A stretch of DNA of 64,000 bases from Lingula anatina (GCA_051362555.1 CM120641.1:39500401-39564400); one strand, 5' to 3'. Shown: positions 36,114 through 62,339, counted from the first letter of the stretch. Notes: a model not told the origin generated them from the sequence alone. Numbers and translations are program-made.

Positions 36114-36617
36114 CTTACTGTGCCGCTATCAGTAAGCAACACCACCACTTAAGCGAGATACTTTCGTGGTTTCACAACATCGTCACAAGCGAGACACTTG
36201 TGAACGTACTCTCTTACTGTGATCTGCCTGGCAGATACACACATACAAAGGCGAGACACCTTTGTAAGGACGAGACGTCCTCGCACAAAAGTGCACTTAC
36301 AATCTGCGAAAGCAGACACACACTCACAAAGGCGAGACACCTTTGATGAGAACCGGGTTCTCTCCACCTGGGGAAAACCACTTGCTGCTATACAGCATTG
36401 ACCACCCCCTCACACCCACCCCCCCTTTTTTCGGACTCTGCAGCTGATGAAGGTCACTTGTTGACCGAAGAGCGCTTTCTGCAACCAGTCCACCCCCTCC
36501 CCCCTCCAGGCTGTACGTCTCGTACAACCTTTCTCTGGTCACTTTCATACAGAGGTGAGACGCCTCTCTCTACACCACGCTGAGGTGAGACGCCTCATGC
36601 AGTACGCTGTACACAGC
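36114..36617. repeat. Cluster of short hairpins with a shared YGAGACR loop
   Basis: Hairpins at 36151-36163, 36183-36203, 36244-36266, 36267-36281, 36327-36345, 36512-36526 (inverted), 36551-36567 and 36581-36597, plus other stems. Confidence 0.85.
36433..36491 (+). ncRNA. Type-I hammerhead-ribozyme-like motif (minimal, palindromic stem III)
   Basis: GGACT-C-TGCAG [CTGATGA] A-GGTCA-CTTGT-TGACC [GAAG] AGCGCT-TT CTGCA-ACC-AGTCC. Bulged stem I, CUGAUGA core, 5-bp stem II, palindromic stem III. Fourth base of GAAA is G. Confidence 0.62.
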
Positions 36618-38464
36618 AACGCACACACACTCCATCAGATATAACTATAAACTGATATATCAAATCACTCTTTCACACAAACGTAACGAAGGAAAATCCA
36701 CGGGAATCGGAGCATCTCAATCCCGAGCGTCCCACTAACAATCTCTAAGCTTTTAACTAGGGGCGTTGTCAAAACACACGTCCCCAGGGGCCCAGCCTTG
36801 GATCGTGTTATTTTGATTAGAGGTAGTTTAACTAAGGCATGAGCCGACCACCCCCAAACAGAACTAAGAATTAAACCTGGTATCATTATTCACGGAAAAA
36901 ATTGGTCAGTTACCGGTAGCATAGCATTTCAAAACGTCTAGGTGGAAGGAAAGATTTAAACTATAAGGCCACTAAAGATGTCAACAAACAATTGTTTTCT
37001 ATTCATTTTGACAAAGGATGTTTAACATATTTAATACCTGTATCATTGTTCTTATCATTTATTATCATAATTCATCTATTTCGGTACAAATAGACCTACA
37101 TTTTTGCAATGACTATGAACAAACGATATATTGTTTAAATGAGGCGGTAAAACTACAAAAAATAATTTTCAAATATATTTTCACAAAGTTGTTTTAAAAC
37201 TTGATCATTAATACATTATATAATCAAGTGCTGTAGTCATAAGAGCAGTATTCTACAATGTATTTGGTCGTACCAGTGCCTTATTATACTTATGTTAAAG
37301 GAAATTTATTTTTCGTTTACATAGACAATTATTGTCCGTGTCTTCGAGCAACATATCCAATGTATGGAAATTTATCTCATGAATTTCCTGATTTGATGTC
37401 TTACTGCATTATACATGTATAATAGAAAGAATCGATTACAGCTGGGAAGAATTAGTCTATACTTCGTAGGCGGTGATAATTAAACCACATGAAATAGGTA
37501 ATCTCATTATTGATCTCTATTAAGTCTGTCAGACTGACTCAAATCAAGAAAGTCAGAGCATCTGCATGCATGAAGTATTTTTTTTTTCTTGTAGCAAACT
37601 TAATGGTTACGTGAACGTGATGCCCGGTGGTCGGCTTGATAGGTCGGGTGAACAACATAAACAGAAAAAAGTGCTAGGAAAGGTAAAACTTTCAAGACTA
37701 TAGTGTTCCATTTACTTTCGGTCTTTCTTTTAAATACTTGAAAGAATTTTCTGAGCGAGTTCTCATGGAGAGCCGAAAAATAGATACATGATAGGGAAAG
37801 GAAAATCAAACGTCTTAAGGTGTTACAAACATTTTGTTGTTTAAAAACGGCGTCAGAACTTTAGGAGAGAGAGAGAGACAGAGAGATTCTTCAGGTCTAA
37901 AGGGTTTTCCATTCAAAAACATCCGCATGGCTTACCTGAGTGAAAAGACCACGTTTATTTTTAGGAGACCCCTCCCCCCTCCCCACGTCAAATCAAAATT
38001 CCTTCAACGGACTTGTAACGTTGGCCCTACATCCCCGGTAAACTTATTATTTTTCGATATTTTGGAGAAACGGGTAAATTTTTTTTAGTCGGTTGCATTA
38101 GTTGAGGCGAATGGAGTGTTGCGCATAAAACAATCAATTGAATCATCAGAGAAATAGGCGATACGAAAACGCCTTTATCCATCTCTGATTAAAGAGCTTC
38201 CGATAGGGTCTTGATTTAAGTCTGGTAAGATAGCTGATACGTGCTGTTGAAAAGCCTATATGAGATATACATTTTAAGTGGTCGTAGTAATTAGAAAATG
38301 ATAAAACCGTTTTGATTATGGTTACAACGGTATTTTTGGCTGTAATGGCTCTAGCTTTACAAGAGAAACTACGGCTGTGCTCAGAATAGATTGGAGTTCT
38401 CGTAGCCTACTAGCAGGATTGATTTATCCAGCGGGGATTCTCGCTACGGCGCAGTCGAAGTAAT

Positions 38465-38584
38465 CAGCTTAATTGTCTGGCGCACCCCCTCGTAAATTAA
38501 AATACTTGGGTTAAGTCGGGACAACTTTGTGGTCCAATGTTGTTCATGTTGCTTTGCGAGGGGGCGTGCCAGACGATTAAGCTG
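38465..38584. mobile_element. Small foldback/MITE-like element upstream of QPCT
   Basis: 32-bp imperfect inverted repeats CAGCTTAATTGTCTGGCGCACCCCCTCGTAAA (38465-38496) and 38553-38584. Confidence 0.65.
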
Positions 38585-38919
38585 TTTTATTTCTCATATG
38601 CCAGTAGGCCCTACATTAAAAATGAATTATAGCCTACAGCTTATATATATTACCCAAAAGTGTAGGTTATATATATATATTTAATAAGCAATATAAGCAA
38701 TTTTAGTCTGTCCTTATGCAATTTTTGCCTTGTCTTGGATCCATTGTCGACGTTCAGAACACTTCTGGTAGGGCCTACCGTTTTCGTCTGCTGTGGTGTT
38801 ACACTAAATATCCCTCATCCTTTCATTTTTAAGTTAACGATGTCTATCACCTCTCAATAACATCTAATAGGTATGGAATTCTCAGGAAAAAAGGTTATGT
38901 GTCATTAAATGCTTTCTAT

Positions 38920-39035
38920 CATATTGACGTACATAATTTTATTCCACGATATACCAACTAAAGGAACACGTAGGAAGCTGATTGACGTACTTTCACAGCA
39001 CATGCGTATTGATAGGTATCAGCCGGAAGTAAGAT
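38920..39035 (+). promoter_or_regulatory. Putative QPCT promoter (ETS CCGGAAGT at 39023-39030; two TGACGT CRE-like half sites)
   Basis: Motifs lie 65-170 bp upstream of the QPCT ATG in a CpG-richer patch. Confidence 0.5.
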
Positions 39036-39093
39036 CCGCGTAGGCAAGTGCTGGCTGTTGTTCGGTCATATATGCAGTCTGACGTGAAGGAGG

Positions 39094-52042
<12,949 letters not shown>

Positions 52043-55000
52043 AACATGTTTATTAACACTTGCCATTGTATTTAGCTTTAAAGCATTTAGAATGTTGGGA
52101 AACTGGTTTTTGTAGGTTTATTTGTCATGATAGAAATGCCATTACCAAGAATGAAGTTTTGCCTGTTGGAATATTGATCTGGTCTTTGAAATGCACTCGC
52201 TTAATTAGTGCACACTGGGCATCATAATACGTTACAAGTACCTCGAACGTTTCACAACAAAGGCAAGATGTATAGCCTCTGCTCCTCATTGATTTTTATG
52301 TTTTGTGGGTTCATTCATTCCCAGCTTCTAACTTCCAAGCAAACATGTCTATTGTGGCATCATAAAGTGTGTGGTTTTCATGGCAACCTAATTAGTTTTG
52401 TTAGATCTTGTTGTGTTCAGTCAGATGTCATGTCATTTAGTTCCAGGAATTCAGTTTCCAAGCAGGTTAATTTTTTGTTGAATTGCCGAAATGCCTATAA
52501 AGTTAATCAATAGAAATCGCATGTTTCATCTCTGTTTTGATGTAGTTTGACAAATTCTTATATCTTCTTACCTTTTGGTTGCCAAGCACAGGTACAGAAA
52601 CTCATCTATGCACGTCACAATGAAAAGTGATGACAGGGTATTTTCAGATTTTTAAATGTTTATATATATCTTTAAGACTACAAGCTTAATTGGATGTTTC
52701 ATTATCATTTTTCTTTCTTTTGATGAGGGACGTACGTGCATAGCAGCCTTATGGTTGTGTTATATGTAGCGCTTAGTTGAAATATGAAATGTTGAAAATA
52801 ACTCAGTTTTCATGGATTTTAGCAGTTAAAATATTTTTGGTAGGCTATCACGATAAATACTAAGTACATATTGTTAGAGCATGTTTCTGAAACTACGTTT
52901 GAAAGAAAAATTTGGTCTCTCAAATTATTGTTGAGGAAATATATGGCCATGTATAGATTTTTTGTTTCTAATTGCCAAATTTCAAAGCAAAAATTCAGGG
53001 ACCATGAATGTGATTTGCACATAAAAATATTCATGTTTATGTTAGGTATTAGTATCTATGGTTATCGATTTGTAAGTAGAAAATTATCAGGGCGCCAAAA
53101 AAATTGTGTATAATTGTTATTGATTTTTAGCAACCAACACCCACAAACGGTCACTTTTAAGATGGAAGTCGGTTGTTATTTATGTATTTATTTATTTATT
53201 TAGTTTGTCAAAATAAAGCGAGTTGTTATGTATGAAAACCATCTGAGGATGTATGAAATATTTTCAATTGCTATGGATTAGCAGATGCAAAATTACGCAC
53301 AAATCTCCTCAGTAAAGGTGCGTTTCTAGTGAAGGTAACACGACCTAACTCAACAGACCGCCCGATTACGCTCACCTTGCCACTGGAAGTTCTGGTTTGC
53401 CTCTCTGTAGCACGGATACACGTCATCAGCGGCAGGGCTTCGCTGTCTCAGTTGAAGGACACAGTTACAGGAGTTGGCACACCTTTTCTAGAGACGTGAC
53501 GGAAGAATTTCGTGCCAAGCGAAACGGAAAGATTGATGGAGGAAATAATTTTGTTTTGTCATGCAGAGAAAGCATCGAAAACGCTATCAAAATAAGTGTA
53601 TAGATACTTCGTTCACAACTTCTTATTTGCTTGTAAAGGTTAGTACCTTGCGGGAAAAACGCCTGTGGGCAAACTTAAGGTTGGGGCTTCATTAGTATCA
53701 GCGCTTTAATTTACCATTCTTAATTCGAGTTGATATTTCAGAAGCAATGATTATGAATTTATAGATTTATGGAAAAAAAGCGTGGCAATGAAATGCCATT
53801 TTAACATGTTTTAAGTGAGGCTAAAAGCAGTATTGATTGTTGTGGATTGACTGATGTTGAGCTCATTTCCTTGCTTTTAATAAAACATTTAGTTTTGCAA
53901 TACAGTGCTTTTTTATCAATGCAGGTTAAGAAATGTATGATTAAGGATTCACGTTTCGGTTGTGATTTGGACAAACCTGGTCGCAGTGATATGTTTTAAT
54001 AATAATGCTTTCAGCGTGTAAATCCATCGATTTATTTCATCAATACGGTTCTGGATTCCTAACTTTTCATATCTTGTTATAATCATTCAGAGCTGATACA
54101 AGGTAACGTTCAAAAATCGCTACCATTTTCCAATAAATAACGCTGATCCCAAACCTGAAATTCAACGTGAGTTCTACTTTATCCCAGTTCAAACTTACAA
54201 AAACTCATTTGAGCAGTGCTTCGGCTGGGTTGTAACCCCTGCATTTATTTTTTGGAAAATATTCAATTCGGTTTTTTTTAATGTGTGATTTAACAAGGAC
54301 CTCGGGGTTGATTAGAAATTGTTGATTTATCGGTTCTCTAATCTATAATAGGATCCTGACCGCTAGACCACCTAGCAGTTAATTAATAATATCTGATGAA
54401 GACCTTCGCCCAGATTGGCCGTAAGTTCCTTATGTCTTAATGACGGTTATTTTGTTTTAGCGAAAGCGATGTTAGATTTAAAAATCGATCGAATGAAATG
54501 TTGAACATTTTGAATAAAGACAACTACAGAGTGGCTCTTTGTTTTATGGTTTCTTGAATGCATTTCATATTGACAATATTACCTGAATAGAATGCAAGTA
54601 ATATCCTGATTATACTTGTCAGCAGTTAACATATCAAATTAATTAATTTGTTATAATAGTTTTAAGCCTTGTTTTAATTGTTCCTAAGTTTAAGCAGGAA
54701 CAACCAAATTTCTTACTGTTCTTGAGATACATTCAACTATTTTGTATGATTATCTCAGAAGATGACAAAAATAATTATTTTTGTTTTTCATTTTTTTTTA
54801 TTGTGTAAAGACGTTGACAAACTGTTCAATAACGTGAAACTGTTTGTAATTTGAAGTCGACACCACGCACGCGATATTTCAGCCTTCCAGAACAAATGCA
54901 CTGATGTTGATATCCCCACCGTGTACAACTTGAACGTGCCAACTTAATATTCTAACAATTGTTTCCGTGAAGTCTAATGATTAATGTAAAGGACAATGGC

Positions 55001-58000
55001 GGCCTATTATACGTTATTCAGTCCTGTCCTTTGTGTTAGGAAAAGAGCATGGTTTTCCACTTTAAATATTTCGCCCAGCCATCTCAGCAGTAATTTCTGA
55101 AAGCTGACCTTACGGGCATTAAATGCTCGTTGGGCGTTAACAAAGGAAAGATTCTAGGCAAGTATCCCTTTATCATCAAGGTATAGCCTTTCCAAAACCG
55201 ATGAGAAATTGGCGATCTATAAACTTGTTTTGAGTTCTGAATATTTCATTTTTATCGTCACGAGTGAAATTCAAATTTGTATTTCACTTACGGGAGTGCC
55301 ACAAAAACTAAAAAATCGATTAGGCGCTACTTGAAATCGACGTTTTTGGATCACAATTTCGTGTGCGGTTTTGCCTATGGTTGACCTTGATAGTTACGAT
55401 AAAAGGGTTGATGCATGTATGTGCAGGGAAATTGAATTATATAACGCTTATGGTATACATTTAAAGACAAAAAGGGTGTCGTTTGTGCATTAAGAAATAA
55501 AGCTAATTTTGTGGTTAACCGACGCCGTATCACTAACATGTGACAAGATTATAAACATTAAAACCCCACGTGTGATACAATAAAAATCATCGAAATTCGG
55601 GATAAAATTAGAGGCTTAAAATGAAAAGTGTATGGTTTTAAAAACATGCGTTAAGTACATGTACACAAACCACTTCGTGTTGACCTTATCAATTTTTTAG
55701 ATAATTTTTTAACACATAAATAACATGAATTAATGTCGAAAAAAAGTTTCCGCCTCCTGACGAACCTCGCAACTCGTCCAATCCTGGTCAGTTGAACATT
55801 GTGCAGAAAAAATAAATATATTGATTCGAATCTTTTATCAAACTCGACTCAAGATGTTGGAATAAACCGTTTACTCGAAATTAAAAATAATTATCCAAAA
55901 TTGAATGTCCGTATTTGAATTGCTCATGACTTGTGTTACAGTTACAGGCCAACTCATTGGAGCTTTTGCATCAGTCTATTTGTTGGAAACTGCATAGAAT
56001 GTCAAGGATAGTACATGTATACCAAAGACCAATATCAAATTGACTAGATTCTGAGACGATATGAATATAATACTTGAGATAAAAGTAATTGCGGTAGAGG
56101 AGAAAACGTAGCGCTATTATGATATGATATTTTACCTCGTTGAACAGTGCTTGGTAACATGTGATGTCGAGAGAAGACCGACGGTGTAAAATATTCAGCC
56201 GAATTTTTATCATGAAAAGTGAGAAAGTTACATTGGAAACTTAAATACAAACCTTTCTTCGGTACAACATGATGTATATCGAGAAGTAAATAGATATAAT
56301 GAAATTGCAAAGCAGTAAAAATAAGGGATTTAGCAGAAGCAAGTTATAAGTTTAACACATGCAGTGCCAATACTAGGGAATAAAATAGCAATAGTGACAC
56401 AGACGAAGATAAAACATCTTAGAAACTGGTCCATAAAGGAGACAAATAAACGGGAGGGGGGAAAGTGAGGGGGAAGAGTCAGCGTAGAATATGTGATGGT
56501 GTGGGAAGACCAGACCAAACACAACAATGAAACCGGTTGGGAATATGAACAACCGCATAAATTACGATCATTCGTGCAGTCTTGATACACCGTAGACAAG
56601 ACACCAGACGGATGAAAGGACGTAACTTATTAAGCTTTCACATCATACAGTGTTTTGTATCGTAATGGATACTTCTCGCATAGCGTCTGGGGAAATCACC
56701 ATGCCAATCATGACTACGCCCGGGTACAGAGTTGTTTTTCAGGCACTTTTTTTTCTTTTAACTTCAGATTTTGAGACGAGTCTAATCTGGTGTATAGTTA
56801 TGTGTCTGTCTAAATGTCCTCCGTTATTGGGTTTTTGCATATCGCTGAGTGTGGCATACTGTTGTGGAAGCCATGATGAATAATGATTTGTCTGTAGCTT
56901 AGGTCTATGTCGTTACATCTAATGACGACATGTTACTGAACTGTGTGTTTGTGCTCGAAAATAATCCTGTAAATGCCATTGGAAACGTCATTGCACATTG
57001 CTGCCGCTGCGAAGGCTTAATGTCGCCCTTTTTTAAGACAAACAAAAAATAATAGACCACATCAACAAGATAATATCAAATTCCACGAGACTATAAAATA
57101 TATTGGCCACGAAAACAGGTAAACATAAATGCAATCGTCATAATGACGAGGGAAAAGACACCGTACACCTTCCGGATCCACTACAGCACGTGGCTCTTCT
57201 TCAACGTGTTAAAGCGGGATGCATGAAAGCAACATCTTTAAGAACACGAAATGAAACATCACATAAAAAGGTATCATCACTGCGGTAGAGACTAATTTAT
57301 TGAAGTTCTGCAGGCAATTATATATTCATATGCACACAGTACATTATATTATGGCATGCGACAAAAGAATACGTCGAGGATTGAGACTTATAATGTAATA
57401 TTTCATCCTATAAAACACCTTTTATGGTACGCTGACAAAGCAGCAAAGGAAATTTTGCGTAATCACGCCCCAACTCAGCGTGCAGATTCCATAACTGATG
57501 GATTCAAGAGGAAAAGTATGCCTAAAACCGTTCTTAGCGCGACTCCGTCAGCAGATAGAATGAGGTTTAAAAAAATACAACGTAAACTTGATCTGCTTTT
57601 GAGAAGTTTTTTTAAAACGCATCTTTTATTACAAAATAATTATCTCATTAACAAAGTACTATTAACATTGGTAATACAAAAATATACTATTTTATGTACA
57701 TATTTCCAAACTTGATTGGTTTATACTGTACATTCTTACGTGTTCGTGAGAGTGTATATGAATGCGCGCGAGTGTACGTGTATATTTGTGGGCTGAAGCA
57801 CATTGACTTGTTCAATATTGTGTCTATCTTTGGATATGTTTTCCTGGTTTGTTTATTGCCACCTCTGGATAAATCGTGTTGGCTTTATCTACTTACGATA
57901 TTTTGAAATACCACGCACGAGGTGTTTTAAACGGCTAAGTCCCAATAAACTTCAAATGGCAATAAGCCTGTATCTTTACATCAATTTGTGGATTATAAAA

Positions 58001-58469
58001 ACTTGATGAACATAAATTCGAAACCTTTTTTTCATTGATAAATATAAAAACAATGACAAACTCTTTTACTGAAGTTATATCTTTCCGGCTTTCCTTTTCT
58101 AATTCTCTTGAAATACTACAGTTTTGTTCATATAATCCCATAAAATGAAATACAGACTTGACATTTAATATGGAATATTTTTTCCAAATTATTTTTCATC
58201 GGTTTTTTTCATATTTTCATGACTTATAAATGAAAATATAATCTCTTTTATCTATCTCTTTGATGTCATTGTGACATCAGTTCATTAATTGAATTCGCCA
58301 GTGAAGCAAACAAAAATGCATTGCCTATTTTAAGTCGTACGACAACCATTGAAAGCGATATTTTGGATCTCCATATTTTCGAAATTATCGTCTTTAAAAG
58401 AGTTTTGCGCCCCCCAAAGGACCCTCATGTTAGTGTCTTGTCACAGCAACGGTTACTGTTACACCTGAC

Positions 58470-59344
58470 CTCATCTGGCTGCTACCAGAGCTTTCAAGTG
58501 GCAAGGCATTCCTTAGGATAGGTTTTTAGAGTTTAATATGGAAAAAAATTCCAGGCAACGGTCAAAACCTGTCCAATTTGGTTCAGTTTTGTTGTAGGAC
58601 ATGTAGGCCGTTAATTCGGAGAGTAATAACCTACCCATGTATTGTCTATGTGGTTCAAATATGGCGATTTTGATGACCAATGTATCTGCTCATTCCCTTG
58701 GTTCTGTAAGAAATCTGCCATTAAAAGTGCGCTGTGTGAACCGGCACTCTCATCGTGCAACCTAAAATTGTTCCTAAGTTCCCCCCTATCAAATGATAGT
58801 CAAGTGATTCCCAGATTATCCCTTTATTTGATCTGGTTCAGGTTTTCGTCGATGACTATCATTGGTGTTTTGGCACCAATGTGGTATTCACCCCAAATAC
58901 TGACGCTGTCAATGACCCTAGTCACTTTAGAAGCGGCACACGCCTTGTCGTAGGCCTCTGCAGGATGTCTGTAAACTCTGTTTTAACCAGTTAAGCGGTA
59001 CAGGTGAAATCTGACCTCAATAAAGAAAGCCACGCGGTTTCAGTGTTCTACCCAGAAACGGTCATGGTCCTCAATTCATTAGAGAAACAGATGATGCTGT
59101 TCTGCTGTTTACAGTGGCTTCCTCAGAGGTCGTTTGGTTTTCTAACCTGCTAAAACCAGTTTGATATTCGCTAAGAGCCTTGAAAAACGCGTTTTGGTCA
59201 CAATTTGCCCCTCATTCTGAACGGACTGGGTGGGTTTTGTTTAGTTGCAGCAGCATATCCTGAAGGACGGTGAGTCCTGTGCCCTGGTGGTAAGATGTCG
59301 ATACATTGGGCGTGGTCTCTGTGTAGGTACATCAGTCTGGGCAT
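58470..59344 (-). pseudogene. Decayed Tc1-family transposase
   Basis: Minus strand begins MPRL (ATG 59344). Later reads SVSIWGEYHIGAKTPMIVIDENLN...NFRLHDESAGSHSA...DFLQNQGNEQIHWSSKSPYLNHIDNTW (last motif 58679-58635). These match Tc1 VMVWG, QDDNARPH and WPSxSPDLNPIE motifs, with stops and frameshifts. Confidence 0.8.
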
Positions 59345-59823
59345 AACTTCATAAAACTGTGCAGACTATTCCGTTTGACACAATAATCTGTCTGGCAATG
59401 TCTGTTTTTTTCGCGCCATTCTGGCACAGATTAACATTTCTGTAAAACATTGTTTGACTCATTTTACGCACTGCAAAACTGACCGCTTACATGCAAAATT
59501 TCAAATTCTTCTATGCAGTAGTTGCCGACATATGGATACTTTTTTTGACAGAACCATGCTTTGCCAAAGCCAAGCTTTGACCAGCCTAAAGGAGCACTAC
59601 CCAATTAAATCACCGCATATTACACAATGCAGCAGTGCAACAGACTTGGTAGTCAGTTGAATGGTAGCGACACACCTGACTTCACACTTCTCCAGTCAGA
59701 TATCTTATATGAGATCTGAGTTTTATGAAAAAAAGAACGCATTTTTACCTAGGCATACCTTTCAAACTGAAATATTCCATATTAAATGTCAAGTCTGTAT
59801 GATAATGTCCTGCACTTCATATA

Positions 59824-62285
59824 TCAGAGGTCACTTGAAATTATGTAACAATCTTTCTCCATACTAATTTGTGCATGTTTTACTCTTGCAGTCCAAACAC
59901 AACCACGCACCAACTCCCTTTTATCTAAATTTTGCGGCTCGTGTAACCCAATGTTTGTTCCTTCATGAACTGAAGTGGGAATTAACCAGAGCGTGTCCAA
60001 ATTATCACAACTGTTTCTGAGAGGTTCTTGAAGGAAACCAGTCTCGGAAATTGGCTTATGTGAAACTGTGTAATTGCGAACACTTGTACGGGATCCCCGA
60101 ACATTCAGCATCTGAAAATTAAAAAAAAAGCACCATAATTGGATCTTGCAAAGTGAAAAAGAGAGGAGCGCAAAGGTAGTGGCGGATTAAGAGGGGGAGT
60201 CGGGGGTTCCTGACCCCCCTTCGATTTCTGGTCCGCTCTTGAAATTAGAATTTTGACTAGCTGAAGCATAGTTCTAAACCGTACCAATTAAATGGCACCG
60301 TTCGCCCTCTTATGCCCCTATTTCACACAGACCACGAATCCCACGAATCGCCAGAAATTATCAAATTTCGTGAGGATTCGTGAGATTTTGCACATTTTCT
60401 GGCCTAATTCGACACGCTCTACGATTCAGTTACGATACAGGTGCGATAGTGTTACGAATATTCGTGGGATTCGGCTGGAATCACACGAATATTGTCAAAA
60501 ATTCACTACGATTTTTTGGAATCGGGAGTTCGTGGCCAAAATTTTGAACAGCTCAAATTTTTTGCCACGAATTCCCGATTGATCAAGAATTGCAAGAACT
60601 GACTACGATTATATACGAATCTGTTAAGAACTTCACAAACTGATTACGATTCAACCACGAATCCTGAAATTTTTCAATTCCTGGCGATTCGTGGGATTCG
60701 TGGTCTGTGTGAAATAGGGGCATAAAATACCAAAATTTTTCGTCGCCCTTCAGCGGCCCAAAACCCCACGCCAAGTTATGATAATCCTGGACAGATTCTT
60801 TATTGATTAACACCTTCACATACAAGGCAAAATCAATGACAGCACAGGTAACTATAACAAAGCACAAACAAATAAATATAGATTATCATAATGTCCATAT
60901 GGATCCGCCACTGCAATGGCGTCTGTGAGCCTAGTGCTTCACATTTACAGTGTTACATAACTCTTCGTGGCGTCTGTGAGCCTAGTGCTTCGCATTTCCA
61001 GTGTTATATAACTCTTCACACACGCTACGCTGAAACCTTACACAAAGCAAGGGCTTCAAACAATCCCCAGTTACAAAACAACATACCTTGGTCTTTTGAA
61101 GGAATGCATCAAGCGCCTCACTACTAAAAGGTTCCGAGCTGTCTAGGGTGGGATCTTCCGTAGCGAGAAAGCAGCGGCCTAACTTATCATGCATTCTTGC
61201 CAAAGGCTCGGTTTTGATTACTATCAAACCCTGAGAAAAATAGATATATACATATAAATGTAATAATATTCTCCTTTCAAAAATTCATAACCCTTTATCA
61301 GTTTTCTATGTACAACTTTTATCTTTTGTGCTTTGCCTTACAGTTATCATGATGAAAATGACAATTGATTTATGTTCCCGTGGACACTACCCTATTTTTT
61401 GGGCTAATGCTATAATTTCACACTTCAGGGATGCCGAGCATATTTTACTACACAATTTAACGTCAGGGCGTCGTGCGTCGAGGGAACCATTTGAGTGAAA
61501 AATAATTCTAAAAGCAATGAAATAAAGTAAACACATTCGTCGCCGTGGAGAAGTAACTTACCCGTGAGTAATCATATATGGCTGTGAACTGACCCTCTGA
61601 GATGGTGTATTTGACAATTTCGTTAGCAGAGTCGAGATGTATTTGTTCTTCTACTCTTCCTGTTTCCGTCGTGTTTAAATGTAAGGTGTGCACCTGTGTG
61701 TGAGTAAGAAAAAAGTTTCATCAAAGGCATAAACATCTATACAGGTGCTGTTGTGTATAATGCAGTAGGCGGATGATACATTATAAAATGACTCCCTAGT
61801 GACGGTGAATAATGCGGTATTGTTGTGAATTGTTCCTAGCATTTTTTTTAAAGAATACCTGGTGTTTATTTTATCGTGTATAATGTCGGCTTTGATGTCC
61901 TTATTGTAAATTTGTTTTTTGCCCTTTAAAAACCGGCTCTGTTCGAGCGATAAACGTAAACACCTAGTTAATGTCACTTGATACATCATTTACCTAGTAT
62001 GTGTAAGGAATAGTTCCCATTAATACACAATAATAGGAAAAGAACACTGCAAATAGTAAATATTTACGTAATAGCTTTTTCTTCCTCATATTTTGATCAC
62101 TCACTTTCCAAACATCTCCAGTGGTTTGTTTTTCCGATATGATAATGCCAGCAATTACACTGCATAGGCCCGCCAGGATGAGGACGACGATGAGAATGAG
62201 GAAAACGACACATTTACCTGTAGATGCACCTTTCGGCTGTACTTCCTGTGAATATTAAGCAAGACAAATTAGAAACAAGGAGACA

Positions 62286-62339
<54 letters not shown>

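Noticed and set aside
36151-36345. CRISPR-like repeat-spacer appearance of the hairpin cluster
   Set aside because: Eukaryotic context, no cas genes, and the repeats differ in stem sequence and spacing.
54393-54428. CTGATGAAGACC...GGCCGTAAGTT, a second hammerhead-like string
   Set aside because: Stem II is mismatched, GAAA reads GTAA, and no stem I is found. At most a decayed Penelope-type remnant.
53290-57300. Possible additional gene between QPCT and the BRICHOS gene (CpG-richer patches, short ORFs)
   Set aside because: No recognisable protein motifs and no consistent in-frame exon chain on either strand; a lncRNA cannot be excluded.
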